In this document: one piece after another, positions 56,822 through 64,000 of the stretch | How the letters are laid out: each line of letters begins with the position of its first letter | Numbering within the stretch: the stretch's first letter is position 1 | NCBI GenBank assembly: GCA_000990355.1 | Contig: LBSX01000004.1 | Location: 1,757 to 65,756, forward strand | DNA length: 64,000 nt | Origin: Candidatus Magasanikbacteria bacterium GW2011_GWC2_37_14 | GTDB taxonomy: Bacteria > Patescibacteriota > Patescibacteriia > Magasanikbacterales > UBA922 | Direction: 5' to 3' | Notes under the pieces: generated by a model | Seen by the model: the letters and a program-made list of their open reading frames with translations, nothing else | The model's database searches: none | Told to the model about the DNA's origin: nothing | Made by a program: the position numbers and the translations under genes

Positions 56822-57139
56822 ATGGCCAAGGCGAAGTTGCCCTTCCTGTTGCGTTTGGACTTGGGGGAACCCATTCCTTTCTACCCCCAGAGTCCGGTGT
56901 GTACCGAGCCCAAGAGCAAGCGGCGCTACCTCTTGCTCTGCACGAGCTTGATGGTTGGGGTGCTCACCTTCATCGAGAACCCCGCCAAGATCGTGCACTC
57001 CGACGGCGGGCTCGCCAAGCTGATGTTGCCCAAGGGCGCCAAGCCCGGCGACAAGCTGATCCCTGTGCGCAGGAGCCACAAGTTCAAGTGCTACTGGGCC
57101 AGGATCGCTGCGCCCACCACCACCACCACCAAGCGCTAG
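56822..57139 (+). CDS. GC-rich orphan basic protein, 105 aa
   Basis: About 96 of 105 codons end in G/C and all 12 Lys are AAG, only in this frame; GAGGG upstream of ATG. Confidence 0.75.
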   Translation: MAKAKLPFLLRLDLGEPIPFYPQSPVCTEPKSKRRYLLLCTSLMVGVLTFIENPAKIVHSDGGLAKLMLPKGAKPGDKLIPVRRSHKFKCYWARIAAPTTTTTKR

Positions 57140-57209
57140 GTGCGCGCCATGCTCTTTTCTACTGGACCGCCCTGTCTTGTACGATTATTCAATTGTACAG
57201 CAGGCCAAG

Positions 57210-57300
57210 ACCACATCCCCAGCCTGTTTAGTTTTTAAAAGATTAAAAATTGAGCAGGCCTGCCTGCCGGTAGGCAAGGAGAAATAGGGATGTGGTTTTT
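57210..57300 (+). terminator. Composite hairpin/terminator after islet 2 with family F insert
   Basis: ACCACATCCC/GGGATGTGGT then T run; inner stem 57222-57259; F at 57259-57279. Confidence 0.55.
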
Positions 57301-57363
57301 GTTTTAGTTAATTTTTTTGAAGCGATTATTTTTTTGTGATATAATATTGTCATTATTTTTTTC

Positions 57364-57514
57364 TGTCATGCTGAACTCGTTTCAGCATCTTCGCGTCATT
57401 CCCGTGTAGACGGGAATCTTACAAACAAAAAAAGATCTCCGCCTACGCGGAGATGACGCATAAAAAAGATTCTGAAACCTGCCTGCCGGTAGGCAAGGTA
57501 AATTCAGGATGACA
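57364..57514. repeat. Family A element with nested D and F elements
   Basis: D at 57393-57459 in the spacer; F at 57478-57498 after CTGAAA. Confidence 0.88.
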
Positions 57515-57529
57515 ATGTAACAAAACAAT

Positions 57530-58018
57530 ATGTTTAATAAAAAAAATTTCTTGGTGACAATAATTATTATTGTGGCAGTATTGTTGGTAGGTGGCGGGGT
57601 AACGTGGTACAAAAATTGCCAAGAGTATGTAAAAAGAGGTTTGGCAAAAAACACTTTTCCGTACACAAAATATAATCAAGATGAGTTGAATAGTTTGTAT
57701 TCACAATACCCATTGGAAAATGTGGCTACTACTCAAACTCCCGAACAAACTTATCAAAAATTTAGAGAATATTTAAAAAATCAAGATATTGATGGGGCAT
57801 TGAGTTTGATTTTTGAACGTTATCGAGCAGAATATAAAAAAGCTTTTGAAAAAGCAAAAAATGAGGGCAAAGTTTTAGAATTGTATAAAGCCTTGCCTGA
57901 AACTTTACAAAAAGTTAGTTGTTATGACACGATTTGTACTTACAAAATTGGAAATAAAGATGTTGAAGTTGAATTTGTGAAAAATTTGCAAGGTGTTTGG
58001 TTGATTGAATCAATTTAA
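57530..58018 (+). CDS. Membrane-anchored hypothetical protein, NTF2-like pattern
   Basis: N-terminal TM; TPEQTYQKFREYLKNQDIDGAL..VEFVKNLQGVWLIESI. Confidence 0.7.
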   Translation: MFNKKNFLVTIIIIVAVLLVGGGVTWYKNCQEYVKRGLAKNTFPYTKYNQDELNSLYSQYPLENVATTQTPEQTYQKFREYLKNQDIDGALSLIFERYRAEYKKAFEKAKNEGKVLELYKALPETLQKVSCYDTICTYKIGNKDVEVEFVKNLQGVWLIESI

Positions 58019-58027
58019 AATACCAAT

Positions 58028-61000
58028 ATGCCAGAAAGGAGAAAGAAAATTTGGGGCTGGGGCTTTTTATTTGGTTTGGTATTTATTTTGATTCTCTTTA
58101 TTTATTTGTCCGAGGATTCTTATACCTACGACACCAAGGTAGCTCACCCGGGAATTGTGGATGCAGCCGTAAAACTTTATAATGAAAAAAATCCTGATAA
58201 AAAAATTACTGTTCAACAAACAATTTGGTTGCGTGAAGGCGCAATGGACGAAGATACTCCCACTCGTTGGCTTAATCATTTTTATGATCCCGTGTATAAC
58301 CGCGGGATTTGGTTTACAGATCAACAATTGTCGGCCAAGGCCTGGTATGATAGTTCTTTTACGCAAAAAATGTTTGCTTTGGGTGATTTTAGTTGGAGCA
58401 GAGCTTTGAATGATTATGTAAATAATGATCAAAAAATGGCTTTTATTGGTTTGGGGCATACTTTGCATTTATTGGCCGATATGACTGTGCCAGCTCATAC
58501 TCGCGATGATATTCATGTTATTCCTGGTGATTCTTATGAACAGTATTTAAAAAGCAATTGGAAAAATATTCCTAAAGGGGAATATGTAGAAATTACTGAT
58601 TTGGATAGTGCGTTTGATGAATTAGCTGGTTTTACTAATAATAATTTTTATAGTGATGATACAATTGTTAATGAAAAATATATTTTTCCTAAATTTGACG
58701 TCAAAGAAAAAGTTGGTGATTATTTGATTAAAAATTTAGGAGGTAAAAAATATAAACTTCTTTATAAAAAACAAACTGCTTTTGAAGGGATAGAAGATAT
58801 ATACGTTTTTAAATTTAATGATTTAGTCCGTTATGACTACTCCCAACTCCTCCTCCCCAAAGCCATTGGCTATAGTGTCGGAGCAATAAAATTATTTTTT
58901 GATGAAGCAGAAAAATATCAAGGAGAAATTACTGAAAGTAGAATTAATTCTTTAGGTTATACAGATTATTTACTTGGCAAAGGCATTAGTTTTTTGGGTG
59001 AATTAAAAGATTATTTTAAAACGAAAACCGGTGATAATACTGTGATTACTGAAACGCCTCCAGAAATTAAAACTACCACAGAAAACACTCCTAAAACCGA
59101 AACCAAACCGGCTGTGCCAGTAGTCGTGGCACCAATAGTAAAACCCATTGTTACCTTGCCTGTAGAGCCCAAAAATGAGCCCCAAAGCCCAATAATCCCT
59201 GTTTTAGATATTCCAGCTCCGGAAACAGAAATACCCTTGCCAGAGCCTGTTTCTACTACTCCGCCAGTGGTCTATCCTGGCAATGGTGGACATGATGGTG
59301 GTAGTAGTGATAATATCTCTGGTAACACTTGTACAGACGCATTATTATGCGTCTCTACACCAACTTCTACCATTCCCGACCCGATTGTGCCAACTACAAC
59401 TCCAACCTCCACTATTCTTGATCCAATTGTTCCGACTTCCACTTGTACAGACGCAACATCTTGCGTCTCTACAACTACACCACCGATTGACCCACCTCCG
59501 ACTTCTACTCCAACTTCTACACCTCCAGACACAACGCCCCCAGAATTGCCAATTATAAATATTACGCAAACAAATTTTGTGACGCCAACTTTACAAATCA
59601 CTTGGGAAAGTGTTGGAGCAATTGCTTTTGCTTTGGAATACAGAGTGGGGGATTCGGAAAATTTAAGTGGCATAGAATATCTTAATTTAACTACTAGCAC
59701 CACCAGTACAGTTTGGGAATTTGTGGGCGAAAAATTAAAAGTTTATCAATTTCGTGTGCAAGCAGTAGACGAAGTTGGCAATGCGACCGACTGGGTAGAA
59801 AGCGATACTGTAATTCCGGATTGGCCAAAAACAATAATAATCAATGAAATTGCTTGGATGGGTACTGGCCCCACACCAGATCAAAAAAACGATGAATGGT
59901 TGGAACTTTATAATAATACGGAGGCAGAAATTGATTTGAGTACTTGGCAAATATTAATTAATAGTCAGCCCCTGACTTGGAATAAAATTAATACCAAAAT
60001 TTCCGCCGGTGGTTATTATTTATTGGAACGTACCGATGATAGTTCTGTAGTAAATATTCCAGCCGATGGTTTCTTTACCATTTCCGGTGGCCTTAATAAT
60101 AGCGGTGCAAATTTAAAATTAGTTAATAATGGCCAGACAATTGATGAAATAAATTGTGTTAGTGGTTGGTATGCGGGACTAATTGCCAATAATAAATATC
60201 GAAGCATGCAAAGAATTTTTGCTAATCAGCCAGGGTCTATGGTGAATAATTGGCAAACAGCGTTGGGTGCGGCGCCCAAAGCTAAAGTTTCTGGTGGAGA
60301 AGTAATCTATGGTTCACCAAAATTGTCAAACCAAGGTTATTGGCTTTTATATGGTGATTTGTCAAATTATTATAATCAAGCAATTACCAGTAATGTTTTG
60401 CATTTAACCAAAGATAATAGCCCATATTTTATTGGTTATCAAGTAACTATTCCTAGTACTTTAAAAGTAGAAATAGATCCTGGAGTAATCTTGGTGGGTT
60501 TTGATCGTTCATCTTTTATAGATGTAAGTGGGGAATTAAACTTACTTGGTACAGAAACAGAGCCAGTTATTATTACTTCTGCACTGGATAGTAATTATTT
60601 TAATCAGAATTATTTAGCTTTTACAAATTTAACTGCAGGTGAACCAGCGCCAGGGGATTGGAGTCGGATTCAAGTAAAACAAGCTGGGAAATTTACTGCC
60701 AATTATACAAACTTTTTTTATGGCGGAGCCAGGTTTTTAAAAAATAATGGCTGGGTGTATGGTGATTTTGTGGCCCAAGTAATTCGTAATTTGGGAGGAA
60801 CAGTGGAAATAAATAACACTACTTTTAATAATAATTATTTGGAAACTCGCTCAGCCGAATTGGGATCAAATGCAATTCTTTGGAATGAAGCGCCACCAGC
60901 AGGTACTGCCAATTTAAAAGTAGAAAATTCACGCTTTAATGGCGGGAATTTGGCAATCAAAAATACTAGTGAGGTAGAATCAATAATTAGTAATAATTAT

Positions 61001-61741
61001 TTTACTGAATTTCAAAGTGCCAATGGTCCAATTGATACTTCGTTTTTAAAAACTAGTTTAGAAAACAATGAATTAGTAAACAATTTACTTGATCGAGTAG
61101 AATTCGGCCAATTAATTTTAAATAGAGACGTGACTTTAACTGGTGACAACAATTATTCTTTTAGTACTATCAATGTACCAAGTGATTATACTTTAACCAT
61201 TGAACCAGGAGTTAATTTGTATTTAATTGGTGATTTTGTGGTAAATGGCAATTTGGAAGCACAGGGCACAAGTGAAGCACCAATAAATATTTTACCCAAA
61301 AATGAACATTGGGGAGTATTGTCTTTAAATAATGCTAATACAAATTTAGCTTACACAAATTTGGAATTAGGTAATCATTCAAGCGTTAGTTCGGTTTTTA
61401 CTCGGGGTATGATTACGGCAAATAATTCTAATTTAACACTAGAAAATGTAAATTTAAAAAATTCCGAACGTCCGGCCAACATGATTTATGCTAAAAATAG
61501 TGCTTTACAAATAGATAATAGTCGTTTAGAATGGATAGAGGAGTGGAACGATCCTGGAGACTGGATTATTGCTGGTATTATTGTAGACGGTGGGTCTTTG
61601 GCACTCACAAATAGTTATTTGGATAATATGGATTATGGTGTGGAATTTTTGGGTGGAGCGACTTTTGATCCTCTAAATTTGTTTACTAATACTTTTTCTA
61701 GAATTACACTTGGTAATTGGTGGCCTTTAATTCCTAATTAA
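58028..61741 (+). CDS. Surface protein: Zn phospholipase C/P1-like domain, P/T linker, Fn3, lamin-tail domain, beta-helix
   Basis: VAH, GAMDED, NHFYDP, LGHTLHLLADMTVPAH, YEQY; LTD IIINEIAWMG..DEWLELYN. Confidence 0.75.
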   Translation: MPERRKKIWGWGFLFGLVFILILFIYLSEDSYTYDTKVAHPGIVDAAVKLYNEKNPDKKITVQQTIWLREGAMDEDTPTRWLNHFYDPVYNRGIWFTDQQLSAKAWYDSSFTQKMFALGDFSWSRALNDYVNNDQKMAFIGLGHTLHLLADMTVPAHTRDDIHVIPGDSYEQYLKSNWKNIPKGEYVEITDLDSAFDELAGFTNNNFYSDDTIVNEKYIFPKFDVKEKVGDYLIKNLGGKKYKLLYKKQTAFEGIEDIYVFKFNDLVRYDYSQLLLPKAIGYSVGAIKLFFDEAEKYQGEITESRINSLGYTDYLLGKGISFLGELKDYFKTKTGDNTVITETPPEIKTTTENTPKTETKPAVPVVVAPIVKPIVTLPVEPKNEPQSPIIPVLDIPAPETEIPLPEPVSTTPPVVYPGNGGHDGGSSDNISGNTCTDALLCVSTPTSTIPDPIVPTTTPTSTILDPIVPTSTCTDATSCVSTTTPPIDPPPTSTPTSTPPDTTPPELPIINITQTNFVTPTLQITWESVGAIAFALEYRVGDSENLSGIEYLNLTTSTTSTVWEFVGEKLKVYQFRVQAVDEVGNATDWVESDTVIPDWPKTIIINEIAWMGTGPTPDQKNDEWLELYNNTEAEIDLSTWQILINSQPLTWNKINTKISAGGYYLLERTDDSSVVNIPADGFFTISGGLNNSGANLKLVNNGQTIDEINCVSGWYAGLIANNKYRSMQRIFANQPGSMVNNWQTALGAAPKAKVSGGEVIYGSPKLSNQGYWLLYGDLSNYYNQAITSNVLHLTKDNSPYFIGYQVTIPSTLKVEIDPGVILVGFDRSSFIDVSGELNLLGTETEPVIITSALDSNYFNQNYLAFTNLTAGEPAPGDWSRIQVKQAGKFTANYTNFFYGGARFLKNNGWVYGDFVAQVIRNLGGTVEINNTTFNNNYLETRSAELGSNAILWNEAPPAGTANLKVENSRFNGGNLAIKNTSEVESIISNNYFTEFQSANGPIDTSFLKTSLENNELVNNLLDRVEFGQLILNRDVTLTGDNNYSFSTINVPSDYTLTIEPGVNLYLIGDFVVNGNLEAQGTSEAPINILPKNEHWGVLSLNNANTNLAYTNLELGNHSSVSSVFTRGMITANNSNLTLENVNLKNSERPANMIYAKNSALQIDNSRLEWIEEWNDPGDWIIAGIIVDGGSLALTNSYLDNMDYGVEFLGGATFDPLNLFTNTFSRITLGNWWPLIPN
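59331..59472 (-). repeat. Two GTAG-type REP-like palindromes, in frame in the linker
   Basis: 59331-59358 and 59445-59472; minus strand GTAGAGACGCA..TGCGTCTGTAC. Confidence 0.75.
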
Positions 61742-61752
61742 AACTATTTATT

Positions 61753-62664
61753 ATGTCACATTATTTAGTCACTGGTGGAGCTGGATTTATTGGCTCCAAT
61801 TTAGTAAAAAAATTAATTGCTCAAGGCCATAAGGTGCGAGTTTTTGATAATTATTCGGGTGGGAAAAAACCTGAGCGCCTATTTCCCGAGGTAGAATATA
61901 TTGAAGGGGATATTAGAAATTTAGCAGATTTAAAAAAAGTAATGATTGGTATTGATGGCGTGTTCCATACGGCTGCCATTCCCCGCATGCCATATTCTGT
62001 AGAACAACCTTTGGAAACCAATGAGGTAAATGTAACTGGTACTTTGCAAGTGCTTTTGGCAGCCAGGGATGCAGGTGTAAAAAGAGTGGTCTATAGCGCC
62101 TCTTCTTCGGCTTATGGCGATCAACCCGCCTTACCATACCAAGAAACCATGAAAACCCGTCCTATGAGCCCCTATGGCCTGCAAAAGTACATCGGTGAGG
62201 AGTATTGCAGGCTGTTTTTTGAGCTCTACGGCCTACAAACTGTGTCCCTGCGGTATTTTAATGTTTATGGTCCTTTGATGGACCCAGAGGGCGCTTATGC
62301 CCTAGTAATTGGTAGATTTTTGAAGCAAAAAATGGCAGGTGAGCCAATGACTGTCTGTGGCGATGGCGAGTATTATCGTGATTATACTCATGTAACAGAC
62401 GTAGCCGAGGCTAATATTTTGGCTATGACAACAGAAGGAATTGGCAAGGGCGAAGTAATAAATATTGGTAATCATGATCCGCATTCAGTAAATGAATTAG
62501 TAAAATTAATTGGTGGAGATTTTGTAAATGTGCCAGCTCGGGCTGGAGATCCACGTAAAACTGATGCGGACAACACTTTAGCAAAAAATCTTTTAAATTG
62601 GCAGCCACAAATTGCCTTGGCCGAAGGGGTAGAAATGTTGAAAAAAGAGTGGAATATTGCTTAA
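61753..62664 (+). CDS. NAD-dependent nucleotide-sugar epimerase/dehydratase
   Basis: TGGAGFIG, SASSSAYG, PYGLQK, LRYFNVYGP. Confidence 0.92.
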   Translation: MSHYLVTGGAGFIGSNLVKKLIAQGHKVRVFDNYSGGKKPERLFPEVEYIEGDIRNLADLKKVMIGIDGVFHTAAIPRMPYSVEQPLETNEVNVTGTLQVLLAARDAGVKRVVYSASSSAYGDQPALPYQETMKTRPMSPYGLQKYIGEEYCRLFFELYGLQTVSLRYFNVYGPLMDPEGAYALVIGRFLKQKMAGEPMTVCGDGEYYRDYTHVTDVAEANILAMTTEGIGKGEVINIGNHDPHSVNELVKLIGGDFVNVPARAGDPRKTDADNTLAKNLLNWQPQIALAEGVEMLKKEWNIA

Positions 62665-62674
62665 AACAAAAAAT

Positions 62675-62705
62675 GACCGTCTAGTATTAGCTAGGCGGTT
62701 TTATT
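62675..62705 (+). terminator. Probable intrinsic terminator
   Basis: GACCGTCTAG/CTAGGCGGTT followed by T-rich run. Confidence 0.55.
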
Positions 62706-62732
62706 GACTTTTTTCGCTTAATTATATATAAT
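62704..62732 (+). promoter_or_regulatory. Sigma70 promoter of infB
   Basis: TTGACT-17 bp-TATAAT. Confidence 0.75.
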
Positions 62733-62749
62733 CAAAGCACTTTTGGGTC

Positions 62750-62843
62750 TGTCATCCTGAGCTTGTTTCAGGATCTATCCTAAAGTCATATTTGTTAAGT
62801 AAAATAATCTTAAGAAAGACCCTGAAACAAGTTCAGGGTGACA
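62750..62843. repeat. Family A element in infB 5' leader
   Basis: TGTCATCCTGA..TTCAGGGTGACA; spacer ATAATCTTAAGAAAGA shared with 27576-27697. Confidence 0.85.
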
Positions 62844-62848
62844 ATTTT

Positions 62849-64000
62849 ATGAACGTCTCAGAACTAGCTCGAACACTTAGAATAAATACTCACGAATTAC
62901 TGGAAATTTTACCCAAGTACGGTTTTGATGTTGGTTTGCGAGCCGTAAAGATTGATGACCGAGTGGCCGAGAAAATTACCCGTCAATGGAAATATATTAA
63001 AAAAGAATTAGAAGAAAAGAAAAAGAAAGAATTAGAAGAGAAAAAAATAAAAGAAAAAGAATTACGTAAAGAGAGTGGTCAAACAGTTATTTTGCCGCAT
63101 TTAATTACCGTTCGCGCTTTTGCCGAAAAATTAAATTTACCAGTTAGCCAAATTATTACCGAACTCATGAAAAATGGTATTTTGGCCAACCAAAACCAAA
63201 ATATTGACTATGAAACTGCCGCGATTATGGCCGAGGATTTGGGTTTTACTGTACAAAAAGAAATTGGTGAAAAAATTGACGTAGCTAAAGAAGAAGAAAT
63301 GAGTAAAGCTTTGGAAGAAGCTTTGAGTAAAGTAAAAAATCTAGAATCACGTCCACCGGTCGTGGTAGTTATGGGCCATGTAGACCATGGTAAAACCAAA
63401 TTACTAGATGCAATTCGCAGTGCCAATGTAATTGATACGGAAGCTGGTGGTATTACCCAGCATATTGGTGCTTATCAAACTGTTTGGAAAGATCCCAAGA
63501 CCAAAGAAGAGCGCGCGCTTACTTTTATTGATACTCCTGGCCACGAAGCTTTTACGGTAATGCGTAGTCGTGGTGCCAAAATTGCCGATATTGCCATTAT
63601 GGTTGTAGCCGCCGATGATAGTGTAAAACCACAAACCGAAGAAGTAATAAAAATTATTCAAGCTGCTAAATTACCACTTGTCGTGGCGATTAATAAAATA
63701 GATAAAGAAGGCGCTGATCCAACTCGCGTGCGCGCTGATTTGGCGCAACGTGGTATTCAATGTGAAGAATGGGGTGGTAATGTGCCAATGGTAGATATTT
63801 CTGCCAAACAAAATTTAAATATTGATAAACTTTTGGATGTTTTATTATTGGTCGCCGATATTAATGCCGAAAAAATTCAGGCTGACTCGGGCATCCCAGC
63901 TGTGGGTACAATTATTGAATCACATGTAGACAAAGGCATGGGTCCAGTGGCCACAGTATTAGTTCAGGCTGGTACACTGGTGGCCAATGATCCATTGGTA
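62849..64000 (+). CDS. infB: Translation initiation factor IF-2, 3'-truncated by window edge
   Basis: Manual translation [53 protein letters not shown]. Confidence 0.97.
   Translation, partial: MNVSELARTLRINTHELLEILPKYGFDVGLRAVKIDDRVAEKITRQWKYIKKELEEKKKKELEEKKIKEKELRKESGQTVILPHLITVRAFAEKLNLPVSQIITELMKNGILANQNQNIDYETAAIMAEDLGFTVQKEIGEKIDVAKEEEMSKALEEALSKVKNLESRPPVVVVMGHVDHGKTKLLDAIRSANVIDTEAGGITQHIGAYQTVWKDPKTKEERALTFIDTPGHEAFTVMRSRGAKIADIAIMVVAADDSVKPQTEEVIKIIQAAKLPLVVAINKIDKEGADPTRVRADLAQRGIQCEEWGGNVPMVDISAKQNLNIDKLLDVLLLVADINAEKIQADSGIPAVGTIIESHVDKGMGPVATVLVQAGTLVANDPLV

Noticed and set aside
56759-57231. ORFs 56759-57079 (-) and 56899-57231 (+)
   Set aside because: Shadows of the GC3-biased frame 56822-57139
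13038-62843. Recurring palindromes as a CRISPR array or integron attC sites
   Set aside because: Dispersed, irregular spacing, no cas or integrase gene, no GTTRRRY ends
63208-63661. Minus-strand ORFs at window end
   Set aside because: Antisense to infB

Overview
AT-rich bacterial DNA, standard code. Gene content (VirB2-like pilin fusion, DUF5652, DUF5667, S-layer-like protein, salvage enzymes) suggests a Patescibacteria/CPR chromosome; this is inference. In order: ECF sigma/anti-sigma/MacAB-type ABC operon, recG, a minus-strand envelope cluster ending in a pilin-lytic transglycosylase fusion, clpC, phosphomannomutase, a kinase, a second ECF pair, a 1214-aa S-layer-like gene, a ~25 kb surface-glycan locus (GT4s, SAM methyltransferases, two B12 radical SAM enzymes, a CotH-VTC-DUF4956 module, flippase), mtnP-apt, a SleB-type hydrolase, ugd, a phospholipase C-like surface protein and the 5' part of infB (missing from the ORF track). 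No tRNA, rRNA, CRISPR array or transposase was seen. Three signals stand out. (1) At least seven families of 21-190 bp palindromic elements nest inside one another and sit in frame inside seven open genes (four inserts each in recG and a GT4). (2) Two GC-rich orphan mini-genes have foreign codon usage but their own sigma70 promoter and structured 3' end. (3) The CotH/VTC/DUF4956 module lies inside the glycan operon. Family calls come from motif recognition by eye and all counts are hand counts.
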